Below the pieces are notes generated by a model that was given only the letters and a program-made list of their open reading frames with translations, was not told the origin of the DNA and made no database searches. From NCBI GenBank assembly GCA_964016885.1, contig OZ024762.1:7688001-7752000 (forward strand): DNA of 64,000 bases, read 5' to 3'. Numbering within the stretch: the stretch's first letter is position 1; each line of letters opens with the position of its first letter. This DNA is from Eledone cirrhosa (lineage: Eukaryota). A program made the translations under genes and the position numbers. This document shows positions 1 to 12,686 of the stretch, piece by piece.

Positions 1-279
1 GTGGTGTTGGTGTTGGTTGGTGGTGGTAGTGTTGGTAGTGGTGGTGTTGGTGTTGGTGGTGGTAATGGTGGTGGTGGTGGTGGTGTTGGTGTTGGTTGGT
101 GGTGGTGGTGTTGGTAGTGGTGGTGTTGGTGTTGTTGGTGGTGGTGGTGGTGGTGGTGGTGTTGGTGTTGGTTGGTGGTGGTGGTGGTGGTGGTGTTGGT
201 GTTGGTTGGTGGTGGTGGTGTTGGTGGTGGTGATGGTGGTGGTGGTGGTGTTGGTGTTGGTTGGTGGTGGTGGTGTTGG

Positions 280-310
<31 letters not shown>

Positions 311-585
311 GGTGTTGGTGTTGGTTGGTGGTGGTGGTGTTGGTAGTGGTGGTGTTGGTGTTGGTGTTGGTGGTGGTGATGGTGGTGGTGGTGGTGTTGG
401 TGTTGGTTGGTGGTGGTGGTGTTGGTAGTGGTGGTGTTGGTGTTGGTGTTGGTGTTGGTGATGGTGGTGGTGGTGGTGTTGGTGTTGGTGGTGGTGGTTT
501 TGGTGTTGGTGTTGGTGGTGGTGGTGGTGTTGGTGTTGGTGGTGGTGGTGGTGGTGGTGGTGGTGGTGGTGGTGGTGTTGTTAGT
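1..585. repeat. (GGT/GTT)n compound microsatellite
   Basis: Direct inspection. Confidence 0.9.
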
Positions 586-689
586 GTCGGATGATGTTTG
601 GAGAGAGAGAAAAAGAAAAAAAGCGAAACAAACAGGAAATTAGTCATCACAGCTTCTGAGACAATTTATTAACAAAATAAAGCAAAACA

Positions 690-812
<123 letters not shown>

Positions 813-869
813 GTGTATATATATGGGCATATATATATATATATATAGAGAGAGAGGTGTATATATATG

Positions 870-993
<124 letters not shown>

Positions 994-1031
994 CGTGTAT
1001 ATATATGGGCATATATATATATATATGGGCA

Positions 1032-1065
<34 letters not shown>

Positions 1066-1067
1066 CA

Positions 1068-1158
<91 letters not shown>

Positions 1159-1573
1159 GTGTATATATATGGGCATATATATATATATATATATATGGGC
1201 ATCTCTATATATATATATACAAGGATTCAGTGTTGCATCATAGCATATTTAAAAACATATATTAAAACATTGTCTGACTTTGATGAGCAGATGTGTAAAA
1301 CTGCTGATGCAACATATTGGAATTCGAATTGTCCAAAAACATCGGTCGGATTAGCAGTTCTAGATGTAATCACTTACACATTAACGAAACACGTGGCAGT
1401 TATATAATAAATATTAATCCTTCAATTATGAAATTGGTGTATTCATGTAATTTATTAATTTTAAATATATATATATATACCTATACTTATATATATACGT
1501 ATATATATAGGTATATATATATACCTATACTTATATATATATATATATATAAGTATAGGTATATATATATATA

Positions 1574-1607
<34 letters not shown>

Positions 1608-1610
<3 letters not shown>

Positions 1611-1800
1611 CGAAGGAATTGTGGTAAGGAACCAGATGGACCATAACGCACCAAAGTACTCAATACTTGGTGTAGTAGAGTGGGTAATAGGAACAAGTAT
1701 GACCCAGACGGCAGAGCTCAAGCCGTTTCGACGGCTATTTCTGTCCAGAAATAGCCGTCGAAACGGCTTGATCTCTGCTGTCGGGGTCATACCTGTTCCT
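1608..1800. mobile_element. Fold-back element family F (hammerhead 3' half), copy 1
   Basis: About 55-bp-arm palindrome centred near 1744 plus conserved tail; in (TA)n. Confidence 0.8.
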
Positions 1801-1880
1801 ATATATATATATATATATATATTGTTATACTTGGGGAGGGTCATATTTGTGTAATATGTATAGGTATATATATGTATAGG

Positions 1881-1916
<36 letters not shown>

Positions 1917-1918
1917 TA

Positions 1919-2235
1919 TATAAGGAGCAGATATTGCAATAGCCTGGCCTTCAAAGGCCCTCAACTCTTCAACGAGCTGCCAAGGGATTTGAGAGATCCG
2001 CATGATATGGACGTGGATGTTTTCAAGAGACATCTCGACACCTTGCTATCCAGGATCCTGGATGAGCCCACAGCACAATACGAAGGTAACCTAAGGGTAG
2101 CAGCAACGAACTCCCTCATGTACCAATGGCTAGCCAACACAGGCTGGAGATAGAATGTGTAGCAATAAGGGCGATGCCCCAGCATGGCCACAGCCGGATG
2201 GCTGGAACAGGTAAAAGAGTAAAAGAGTAAAAGAG
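1919..2235 (+). mobile_element. Short 3' fragment of the same CR1-type LINE
   Basis: Encodes RSRYCNSLAFKGPQLFNELP…GWR*, followed by the 3' UTR and gtaaaagagtaaaagagtaaaagag tail. Confidence 0.9.
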
Positions 2236-2243
2236 GTACTTAC

Positions 2244-2357
2244 ATTAGAAACTTTAACGTATGTATCCTCATTCTTCGATAAACCAAAATCTGCTACTTT
2301 CGCCACTAACTTGTCGCCCAGTAGAATATTCCTGGCAGCCACATCCCTGTGAATGAT
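2244..2357 (-). CDS. RTK kinase exon, catalytic loop and DFG ([38 protein letters not shown])
   Basis: HRDxAARN and DFG motifs; the short activation segment DFGLSxxxxxYVK is Tie-like; 114 bp, phase 0-0. Confidence 0.96.
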
Positions 2358-2561
2358 CTGATGGTAGAAATGGTGGAGGCAAAGACTACAGTATACAGTG
2401 GATGTATTGACCGGATAAAATATGGATAAGCATGACTTAATTTTATAATCTGGGGGTACATATTGGTATATGGGGGTAAATGGAGCAGTTATATATTGTG
2501 TTGTTCACACACGCGCGCGCACACACACACACACGCACACACGCACACACACACGCACACA

Positions 2562-2621
<60 letters not shown>

Positions 2622-2742
2622 CGCATATATATAAGCATCTGATGATGTCACATGGAGATTGACAATGATATACCAGTTGCGTAACCATGTCTTTAAAATA
2701 TATATTATGCAAAAGTAAGCGTATTTCGTATATATATATATA

Positions 2743-2830
<88 letters not shown>

Positions 2831-2846
2831 TATATATATATATATT

Positions 2847-2947
<101 letters not shown>

Positions 2948-3055
2948 GGTGAATCCATACGTACATATATATATATATATGTGTGTGTGCATGTATGTAT
3001 ATATATATACATACTACTGTACGTCTGTATACATATATGTATGTACGTGTACATA

Positions 3056-3089
<34 letters not shown>

Positions 3090-3289
3090 TATACATACAT
3101 TTTAAACTTAAACCCAAATCCCAATTTGGAGGGGTCATAGAGTAGACCGACTAAAATAAGTCAGTTTAACTCATATAATTCCTCAAACATGGTTTCTGTA
3201 ATCGAGAGACAATATTGAGAGAAAGAGAGAATGAGAGAGAGAGCTAAATAGATTCAGAGAGACATTAGAGAGAGAGAGAGAGAGACAAG

Positions 3290-3325
<36 letters not shown>

Positions 3326-3353
3326 TGAGCAAGAGAGCGAGAACGAAAGAGTG

Positions 3354-3469
<116 letters not shown>

Positions 3470-3661
3470 TATTATTTCCAATTTTGGCTGTTTCAAAACA
3501 TTGGAACAGCCAAAATTGGAAGAATTTCATTCCGTCTTCAGGGGTAGAACTCTTTAGGATAAGACGTGACATTGTATATAAAGGATATACCATATATAAC
3601 ATAGATTCCACTCAGAAAATCATAAACAGAGGAAGAATATTCCTTTTATGCTTGCTTTTAC

Positions 3662-3849
3662 CTGTCGTTCGGCTAAATGGGCGAGGCCCGTAGCCACATC
3701 TAAAGCCAGTCGAAGTAACGTTGTCTGGTTTAAAGTGGTCATTGGTAACGCTCCATTGGAATATATAATTCCCTTTTCTTTCCGACTTCTCCGGAGATAA
3801 CTTCGTAAATCTCCGTACCTGGCATATTCCAGAGCCACGTATAGAATAC
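3662..3849 (-). CDS. RTK kinase exon, subdomains V-VIa (ILYVALEYARYGDLRSYLRRSR…LALDVATGLAHLAERQ)
   Basis: Resembles the Tie-family [21 protein letters not shown] segment; phase 1 in, phase 0 out; gcag acceptor, gtaaaa donor. Confidence 0.95.
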
Positions 3850-3895
3850 CTGCAATAACACAGAAGATAATTATATATGTGTGTGTGTATATATA

Positions 3896-3945
<50 letters not shown>

Positions 3946-3947
<2 letters not shown>

Positions 3948-4313
3948 CGAAGGAAATGTGGTAAGGAACCAGGTGGACCATAACGCACCAAAGTACTCAA
4001 TACTTAGGGTAGTAGAGTGGGTAATAGGAACCAGTAAGACCCCGACGGCTGAGCTCAAGCTGTTTCGACGGCAAATTCTGCGTCCAGAATTAGCCGTCGA
4101 AACGGCTTGAGCTCAGCCGTCGGGGTCTTACTGGTTCCTGTATATATATATATATATATATATCGAAGGAAGTGTGGTAAGGAACCAGATGGACCATAAC
4201 GCACCAGAATACTCAATACTTAGGGTCATAGAGTGGGTAATAGGAAAATGTTTGACCCCCAGAATAGCCGTCGAAACGGCTTGAGCTCTGCCGTCGGGGT
4301 CAAACATTTTCCT
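3946..4313. mobile_element. Fold-back family F, two adjacent copies (3946-4139, 4164-4313)
   Basis: Same sequence as 1608-1800, separated by (TA)n; second copy has a deletion in its left arm. Confidence 0.8.
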
Positions 4314-4376
4314 ATATATATATATATAAATGAAAATATATAAATGAAAATAGAGAAATTATATATATATATAATC

Positions 4377-4520
4377 TCTCTCTCTATGTATCTACTTGTC
4401 TTATCGACCTTGAATAGATGAAAGCAAAGTTGACCTCAATATATATATATATATATATTGAGGTCAACTTTGCTTTCATCCATTCAAGGTAGATAAGACA
4501 AGTAGATACATAGAGAGAGA
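4377..4520. repeat. Near-perfect inverted repeat of a SINE family A-like fragment around a (TA)n centre
   Basis: About 63-bp arms: ctatgtatctacttgtcttatc…gttgacctca / tgaggtcaac…gataagacaagtagatacatag. Confidence 0.85.
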
Positions 4521-4532
4521 GAGAGAGAGAGA

Positions 4533-4576
<44 letters not shown>

Positions 4577-4597
4577 CAGTGTGAGAGAGAGAGAGAA

Positions 4598-4629
<32 letters not shown>

Positions 4630-4706
4630 GAGAGAGAGAGAGATAGAGAGATAGAGAGATAGAGAGGGGGTGGTGGTGTTGGGGAGATTAGTGTTTTCAT
4701 AGTTAC

Positions 4707-4817
4707 CGTGTATGTGGCAGGCACCGACGAGGCAGACGACATTTCTATGGTAACCGACCTGTTTCAGAATGTTGAGTTCATTCATGAAGTCTTGTTTGTC
4801 TTTCTCGGAAGCATTCT
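4707..4817 (-). CDS. RTK kinase exon, subdomains III-IV (NASEKDKQDFMNELNILKQVGYHRNVVCLVGACHIH)
   Basis: alphaC Glu and HxNVVxLxGAC motif; 111 bp, phase 1-1. Confidence 0.95.
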
Positions 4818-4885
4818 CTGGAACAACAACAACAACAATAGTTATAAGACATTATAACAACAACAACAATAGTTATAAGACATTA

Positions 4886-5006
4886 TTCTGAGTTCAAATC
4901 CCGCCGAGGTTAACTTTTCCTTTCATCCTTACGGGGTCGATAAAATAAAGTACCAGTAATGTACTGGGTAATTGCTGGCCCTGTGCCAAAAGTAGAAACA
5001 ATTATT
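4886..5006 (+). mobile_element. SINE family A partial copy
   Basis: gagttcaaatcccgccgaggttaac…gtgccaaaagtagaaacaatt. Confidence 0.75.
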
Positions 5007-5145
5007 GAAGAGAGAGAGAGAGAAAGAGAGAATGAGAGAGAGAGAGCTAAATAGATTGAGAGAGACATTAGAAAGAGAGAGAGACAAAAGATAGATAGAT
5101 AGAGAGAGAGAGAGAGTGAGCAAGGGAGCGAGAACGAAAGAGTGT

Positions 5146-5202
<57 letters not shown>

Positions 5203-5567
5203 AAGAGATAGAGAGAGTGAGATAGATAGACATGTAGAGAGAGAGTGTGTGTGTGTGAGATAGATAGATAAATAGATAGACAGACAGACAGATAGATAGA
5301 TAGATCGATAGATAGATAGACAGACAGACAGACAGATAGATAGACAGATCTATAGATAGATAGATGGAGAGATAGACAGACAAATCAATAGATAGATAGA
5401 TAGATAGATAGACATATCGATAGATATATATATATATAGATAGATAGATAAGTTTCTTTTATTTGCCACTAGGGCATCAAAAGTGGGACAAGTACAAAGG
5501 GGGGAGTTTACACAAAAAGGCGTCCTCAATAAGGAGGAGGCAATAACAAAATATAAAAATAAAATAT

Positions 5568-5608
<41 letters not shown>

Positions 5609-5755
5609 GGGTGGAAGAAGAAGGCGAGGTGGGGAGAAATACAATCGGTTGAATCGAAGCATTTTCTCCCGTCGCTCTACCAATTCTCCCAATTTTCTCA
5701 TTAGACACAATGTAAAGAATTGTTGATCTTGTTGATGTTGTGGACGCTTGCTTAC

Positions 5756-5921
5756 CTTTCAGTGATTTCACAGCTACAGGTACATTTTTCACATATCCTT
5801 TGGTCACCTGTCCAAAGTGACCATGGCCCAGTAACTCACTGGTCAAGATCAACTGTGACCGACTCAGTTCATATCTACCTCGCTGGATTCTTTCGTAGAT
5901 TCGGACATCGAGATTTCTCGG
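5756..5921 (-). CDS. RTK kinase exon, subdomains I-II (…LLGHGHFGQVTKGYVKNVPVAVKSLK)
   Basis: GxGxFG loop and VAVK lysine; phase 0 in, phase 1 out; tcag acceptor, gtaagc donor. Confidence 0.95.
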
Positions 5922-5958
5922 CTGATACATAAATATAAATATAAATAAATGAATAATT

Positions 5959-6028
<70 letters not shown>

Positions 6029-6145
6029 GCACGCACGCAGAGAGAGAGAGAGGGGTATTTATTTATATTATGATTGATTCCGATGAAATCCACGAGGATG
6101 AAACAATTGTAAATTAAATCAAGATGTGTTTGGTAAAATATAATA

Positions 6146-6187
<42 letters not shown>

Positions 6188-6205
6188 CATATATTTACAT
6201 GCATA

Positions 6206-6248
<43 letters not shown>

Positions 6249-6263
6249 ACATAATTATATATA

Positions 6264-6316
<53 letters not shown>

Positions 6317-6405
6317 ATATATATATATATAGTGACGAAACATAAGTCAATTGCATGAACTCATAATCCTTTATTTACTGCTATATATATTTCGATGATA
6401 GCCAT

Positions 6406-6469
<64 letters not shown>

Positions 6470-6530
6470 CCGAAGGCTCTGATACCATCAACACTATACA
6501 CACAGAGCTGGCATATCTAAGAACTGACTA

Positions 6531-6586
6531 ACTGCCTGATGAGGTCATAGCCATTCAATGGCTATCATCGAAATATATATAGCAGT
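6531..6586 (+). ncRNA. Minimal hammerhead ribozyme (family HH-A)
   Basis: actgc-CTGATGA-stem II (atagccatt/aatggctat)-GAAA-tatata-TA-gcagt; stem I actgc/gcagt; palindromic stem III. Confidence 0.82.
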
Positions 6587-6627
6587 AAATAAAGGATTAT
6601 GAGTTCATGCAATTGACTTATGTTTCG

Positions 6628-6675
<48 letters not shown>

Positions 6676-6676
<1 letters not shown>

Positions 6677-7927
6677 TCTTTTACTCTTTTACCTGTTTCA
6701 GCCATCCGGCTGAGGCCATGCTGGGGCACCGCCCTTGTTGCTACACATTTTATCTCCAGCCTGTATAGGTTGGCCACTGGTGTAGGAGGGAGTTTGTTGC
6801 TGCTGCCCTTAGGTTTCCCTCGTGTCTTGCTGTGGGCTCATCCGGGATCCTGGATAACAAGGTGTCGAGATGTTTCTTGAAGACATCCACCTCCACGTCA
6901 TGCAAGTCTCGCAGATGCCTCGGCAGCTTGTTGAAGAGTTGAGGGCCCTTGAATCCCAGGCTATTGCAATACCTGCTCCTTATTCTAGATGTGGAAGACG
7001 GGACCTTTGGCACCACACAGTGACGTCCTGTTCGACGGTTGGTCCAGCTCCCAATACCAAAGTTTGGTGCTAGTCCCTCCAGGATTTTCCACATGTAGAT
7101 CACTGCGTATCTCTCCCGTCTTCGCTCCAAGGAGTAGAGGTTCAGTTCCTTCAGCCTCTCCCAGTAGCTTGTCTCCCTCATCTTGGCAATCCTCTTGGTG
7201 TAGCTTCGCTGGATTGCCTCAAGCTCCGTGGTTAGTTTGACACTATGGGGTGACCACAGCTGGGAGCAGTAGTCCAGGCGGCTTAGGACAAAAGTCCTCC
7301 ACAGTGTCAACATGGTGTCTCGATCTCTTGTAAGGAAAGTCCTCAAGATCCAGCCAGCGAATCGTCTACATGCTGTCGCCACCTTCATGATGTGTGAAGA
7401 AAAAGATGCATCATCGCTCATGTCTATGCCCAGGTCTCGTATCGATTTTGACACGGGGATATCGGTCCCTCCTGGTCCTGTGTAGCTGTGTTCCGCTATA
7501 TTTGTGTTTGTGTTTGCAGGTTTGTATTGTAGGGCTTGGAATTTGCCAGCATTAAACTGCATGTTGTTTTCTTCCGCCCATCTGTATATGGCATCCAGAT
7601 CCTGCTGTAAGAGGGCAGCGTCAGCCGGGTTTTTGATTGCCTGTGCTACCTTAGTGTCATCAGCATAGCTAGTGAGGGATGTTGTTGCATGCACCACAGA
7701 GGGCATGTCCGAGAGAGCCACCAAAAACAGTAGTGGTTCCAGGACTGTCCCCTGAGGCACCCCACTTGTTATCGGTGTTTCCCTCGAGAGGGCCCCATTT
7801 GCTGCGACTGCCTGGCTTCTGTCCCTTAGGAAGCCATGCAGCCACTCACCTACTTTTCCAGTTATGCCGAGTCCGTGTAGTTTGTAACATATCATTCCGT
7901 GGTTGACCTTGTCAAAGGCCTTCGCAA
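6676..7927 (-). mobile_element. 5'-truncated CR1-type LINE (RT C-terminal part, 3' UTR, GTAAAAGA tail)
   Basis: ORF 6750-7927 with KAFDKV, SGVPQGTVL, YADD, LQQDLD, RDLG, LYSLERRR; flanked by (TA)n on both sides. Confidence 0.93.
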
Positions 7928-7963
7928 TATATATATATATATACATAATTATATATACACATG

Positions 7964-8016
<53 letters not shown>

Positions 8017-8017
8017 G

Positions 8018-8065
<48 letters not shown>

Positions 8066-8081
8066 ATTATATATACACATG

Positions 8082-8141
<60 letters not shown>

Positions 8142-8169
8142 ATTATATATATACATGCATATGTATATA

Positions 8170-8201
<32 letters not shown>

Positions 8202-8233
8202 ATTATTTTAAGAAGAAGAAAACAGAAGAAGAA

Positions 8234-8281
<48 letters not shown>

Positions 8282-8286
8282 CTTAC

Positions 8287-8459
8287 CACTTGAACTTGGT
8301 CAAGTCTGCAAAATGGACTGGACATAGTTGGACATCGTGGTTTCGGACATATGAAGTAAATGACAGTAAGAAATAAGGCGGTGAATAAGATGACCACAAA
8401 CACAGCTAGAACCGGAACTATAATGGTCATGTTGTTGTTGGGCTTTTTGTTGATTATCA
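8287..8459 (-). CDS. RTK transmembrane exon ([57 protein letters not shown])
   Basis: About 25 hydrophobic residues; phase 1 in, phase 0 out; ccag acceptor, gtaagt donor. Confidence 0.9.
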
Positions 8460-8505
8460 CTGGAATACAAATATCATCATCATCATCAGCATCTTTATAA
8501 CAAGG

Positions 8506-8722
8506 ATTTCTACTATAGGCACAAGGCCAGCAATTTTTTTAAAATTTTTTTTTTGGGGGGGGGGGGGGGGGAAGGGAGGGGAAAGTCGATTAAATTGTCC
8601 CCAATGCATTACTGGTACTTTATTTTATCGACCCCGTAAGGATGAAAGGCAAAGTTAACCTCGGGCGGGATTTGAACTCAGACCGTAAAGGGCCATAACT
8701 CTATGCTACAAAGTATGGTGTG
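8506..8722 (-). mobile_element. SINE family A copy
   Basis: ggcacaaggccagcaatt…atcgaccccgtaaggatgaaaggcaaagttaacctc…ggatttgaactcag. Confidence 0.8.
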
Positions 8723-9074
8723 CGTGAAGTGTGTTAATTGGCCTCTGATCAGTCCCTGATCTCTGAGGGCTCAGTATATTGTGTAGGGTTTTGGTAGAAC
8801 TGCCAATACTTTTGATGAAATACATAAGTTGTTTAGGGAGGAAGGAAGGAGGGAGGGATGGAGGGGAGGGATGGAGGAGGAAGGAAGGGGTGTGGGGGGG
8901 GGGGGGGGATGGGAGGAGAGGGAGGGGGTGGGTGGATTGGAGGGTGGAGGGAGGGAAGGGGGAATGGATGGAGGGATGGAGGAAGGGAGGGAGGGATGGA
9001 TGGAGGGATGGAGGGAAGGGAGGGAGGGATGGATGGATGGAGGGATGGATGGGAGCGATGGAGGAAGGGAGGAA

Positions 9075-9500
9075 GGGAGATCAGTCGGGTCACCGTGACC
9101 TTAGCAAGTCATGTATTCATAAGCAGGGATTGGAGGGAGATCAGTTAGGGTCACCTTGACCTTAGCAAGTCATGTATTCATAGCAGGGATTGGAGGGAGA
9201 TCAGTAGGGTCACCTTGACCTTAGCAAGTCATGTATTCATAAGCAGGGATTGGAGGGAGATCAGTAGGGTCACCTTGACCTTAGCAAGTCATGTATTCAT
9301 AAGCAGGGATTGAGAGGGAGATCAGTAGGGTCACCTTGACCTTAGCAAGTCATGTATTCATAAGCAGGGATTGGAGGGAGATCAGTCGGTGTCACCTTGA
9401 CCTTAGCAAGTCATGTATTCATAAGCAGGGATTGGAGGGAGATCAGTCGGGTCACCTTGACCTTAGCAAGTCATGTATTCATAAGCAGGGGATTGGAGGG
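9075..9500. repeat. ~60-bp minisatellite, about 7 copies
   Basis: Unit gggagatcagtagggtcaccttgaccttagcaagtcatgtattcataagcagggattgga. Confidence 0.9.
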
Positions 9501-9525
9501 AGGGGCGTGATATCAGATGACTTAC

Positions 9526-9665
9526 CTGGACCATGACAGGTTTTGTCTTATATACCCGGTCTACACCCACGTTCACAGGTCCCATTAAATCTGTTACAAG
9601 GTTGGTCGTTAAGGGCATTTACCACATAAATACTTGCAGTCTTCCATAAAAGTTGTCTTCGCATG
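9526..9665 (-). CDS. RTK EGF-like exon 7, frame-disrupted as assembled (CEDNFYG..CKYLCGKC.NDQPCNRFNGTCERGCRPG...KTCHGP)
   Basis: acag acceptor and gtaagt donor intact; the 8-Cys pattern is recovered only across two frameshifts and a TAA; 140 bp versus an expected 141. Confidence 0.8.
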
Positions 9666-9724
9666 CTGTATAGATAGAATAGCGCATATGATAATATATA
9701 TATACTATATATATATATATATTA

Positions 9725-9789
9725 TATTTTATCTGATGAAAGCGCACCATAATTTAACATGGTATCCTTGAAATATGTATAATGAAATA
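9725..9789 (+). ncRNA. Minimal hammerhead ribozyme (family HH-B)
   Basis: tattttat-CTGATGA-stem II (accat/atggt)-GAAA-tatgta-TA-atgaaata. Confidence 0.68.
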
Positions 9790-9944
9790 AATATGGTTTT
9801 ATAAATATAGTTTCCATTTGTTAATATATCGTATATATATATATAGTATAATATATATATGTATATATATCCATGTAGGAGAACCCCTACCGATGCGCTG
9901 AACAAGTGAATAAACTAATCAGGTTAGACACACACATATATATA

Positions 9945-9975
<31 letters not shown>

Positions 9976-10098
9976 GTATATATATATATAGTATATATTA
10001 TATATTATATACATATATTAGTATATGTATGTATGCGTGTGTGTGTGTGTGTCTGTGTGGAGAGAAGTACATATATTAATAGGAAATGCATAGTTTAC

Positions 10099-10236
10099 CT
10101 ATTTTGCAATTGAAGTCTCTCCACCCGGCTTTGCACCCGGTTATGCACGCCCCACTCACCCGATTACACATGTTCATAGATTTACAATGGCCGCACTTCT
10201 GTTGACATCCTTGACCGAATGTCCCCAGCTCACAGC
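10099..10236 (-). CDS. RTK EGF-like exon 6 (CELGTFGQGCQQKCGHCKSMNMCNRVSGACITGCKAGWRDFNCKI)
   Basis: 138 bp, phase 1-1, ttcag acceptor, gtaaac donor, 8 Cys; not in the ORF track. Confidence 0.92.
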
Positions 10237-10275
10237 CTGAAATGAAATACAAAGAGAAGAAGGATGAAGCAGTGT

Positions 10276-10991
10276 AGAGTAAGGCCTTAGTCTTATACTT
10301 GTGTAATGTAAGGGCCCTAGTCCTATACTTGTGCTAGAGTAAGGGCCTTAGTCTTATAATTGTGTAATGTAAGGGCTTTAGTCTTATAATTGTGTAATGT
10401 AAGGGCCTTAGTCTTATAATTGTGTAATGTAAGGGCCCTAGTCCTATACTTGTGCTAGAGTAAGGGCCTAAATGTTATACTTGTGCTGGAGTAAGGGCTT
10501 TAGTCTTATAATTGTGTAATGTAAGGGCCTTAGTCTTATAATTGTGTAATGTAAGGGCCTTAGTCTTATAATTGTGTAATGTAAGGACCTTAGTCTTATA
10601 CTTGTGCTAGAGTAAGGGCCTAAATGTTATACTTGTGCTGGAGTAAGGGCTTTAGTCTTATAATTGTGTAATGTAAGGGCCTTAGTCTTATAATTGTGTA
10701 ATGTAAGGGCCTTAGTCTTATAATTGTGTAATGTAAGGGCCTTAGTCTTATACTTGTGTAATGTAAGGGCCCTAGTCTTATAATTGTGTAATGTAAGGGC
10801 CTTAGTCTTATAATTGTGTAATGTAAGGGCCTTAGTCTTATACTTGTGTAATGTAAGGGCCCTAGTCTTATAATTGTGTAATGTAAGGACCTTAGTCTTA
10901 TTATTGTATATTGTAAGGGCCCTAGTCTTATACTTGTGCTAGAGTAAGGGCCTAAATGTTATACTTGTGCTGGAGTAAGGGCCTTAGTCTC
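10276..10991. repeat. 30-bp minisatellite, about 24 copies
   Basis: Unit gtaagggccttagtcttataattgtgtaat with recurring variants. Confidence 0.92.
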
Positions 10992-11282
10992 ATGGGGGGA
11001 ACGCCTGTTTAGTTGCTAATCACCCGACTATTAAACAGATTGTATTGGGTTACATAAAGAGACTTTCTCAAACGTGCGAACCTAGGATCTTATGACCATG
11101 TATGTATCTAACACCCACACCAGAAGGTCATGTGACTTCAACGACTCAATCCAAACCAATCCAGGGCTTTCTCACACTAGTTGGAGAAACCCCTTCCCTG
11201 GTTGACATCCAACCCAGTAACAGGCAGAAGGCTGACCTGACACAATGATGCGAAAAATCTAAATAAATAAAACAATACTTAC

Positions 11283-11459
11283 GATCTTTACAGTTCTTTC
11301 CTCTCCAACCAGTCGGACATATATGTAGCCTTGGTCTTGTGACCCAAGGGACTTTGCTTGTGTTGTTGACGCTAGTGTTGGGAGGTATATGGCGATTGGG
11401 CGCGCAACCGTTTAATGAATTCCTACACTGAGCTGATAGGCATTTTCCATTCACACATT
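11283..11459 (-). CDS. RTK atypical EGF-like exon 5 ([58 protein letters not shown])
   Basis: 177 bp, phase 1-1, acag acceptor, gtaagt donor; ends in CxxGWxGxxC. Confidence 0.87.
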
Positions 11460-11483
11460 CTGTAGAAGGGGAAAGAAAGACGT

Positions 11484-11559
<76 letters not shown>

Positions 11560-11570
11560 CTGGGCGTATG

Positions 11571-11626
<56 letters not shown>

Positions 11627-11679
11627 TATATACATATATATATATATTATTGTCTGGTATATATGTATATATATATATG

Positions 11680-11790
<111 letters not shown>

Positions 11791-11879
11791 GTAGGTCCCG
11801 GGTTGAGTCGGGGATAACCACAGTAAGTAAGGTACTCAATACATGGCAGAGTAAAATTTTTTTAGATATTTTATAGAAG

Positions 11880-11932
11880 GAGCTTCTACAGGACTAGTAC
11901 TGTTTCATTCAGATGAAATCTTCAGGAAGCTC
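11880..11932 (-). ncRNA. Hammerhead ribozyme (family HH-C) at the 5' end of a ~140-bp element (11790-11932)
   Basis: Minus strand gagcttc-CTGAAGA-tttc atct gaat-GAAA-cag…ctg-TA-gaagctc; 7-bp stem I, GUA cleavage triplet. Confidence 0.78.
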
Positions 11933-12448
11933 ATATATATATATATAATTGGTGTGGGATGCTTAAACCGTCCGTAAGCGGTAGACCGTTTGAGCACTCC
12001 ATGCTCTTACAGAGCAGAGTATAATATCACATAAGAAACGGATAAACAGTGGTGCGACGAATTAAAATTTATTAGACATATTACAATCGTTTCTCTGGCG
12101 ACCATCTCGAGGCTCGATCGACGCAATGATCGAAACATATCAGAGGATCTTGCGATCTCAGAGTCAGGTTTGATCATTATATATATATATGTATATATAT
12201 ATATAATGAAAAATTGAACAGGGACAGAACAGAGAGGCAGTACGATAAATGTTTATTAAATTCATATATATATATATATACATACATACACACATACATA
12301 TTCATACATACACGCGCGCATGTGTTCAAGAATGCAAGAGAGAGAAAGAGGAAGAGAAAGAGAGCGAGCGAGGAAGGGAGAGAGAGGAAGAGAGAAAGAG
12401 AGAGAGAGAGAAGGGAGAGAAGAAGAAATATATCATGGTGGTCCTTAC

Positions 12449-12544
12449 TTAGATCACAGTAGATTCCAACCCAGTTCGGTAGGCACCCGTATATACATTT
12501 CCCCGTTTTAGGGTCACATTTCCTCGCACGGCATTTTGAACAAT
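12449..12544 (-). CDS. RTK short EGF-like exon 4 (CSKCRARKCDPKTGKCIYGCLPNWVGIYCDL)
   Basis: 96 bp, phase 1-1, polypyrimidine tract plus gcag acceptor, gtaagg donor, 6 Cys. Confidence 0.88.
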   Translation of the reverse strand: MVQNAVRGNVTLKRGNVYTGAYRTGLESTVI

Positions 12545-12573
12545 CTGCAAAAAAAACAAAAAAAAAACGGATA

Positions 12574-12686
12574 TAAAGGCAAAGTTAACCTCAGCGGGAT
12601 TTGAACTCAGACCATAAAGGGACGTAACTCTATGCTGCAAAGCATGGCGTCCGACCCTCTACCGATACTACCAATCCACCGCCCTC
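12574..12686 (-). mobile_element. SINE family A 5' part
   Basis: aaaggcaaagttaacctcagcgggatttgaactcag…ccaccgccc. Confidence 0.72.

Noticed and set aside
1220-1460. Next kinase exon (PVRWM motif) or another hammerhead
   Set aside because: No subdomain VIII motif on the minus strand. The segment is a repeat related to 13710-13860 with GAAA-cacgtg but no convincing CTGANGA core.
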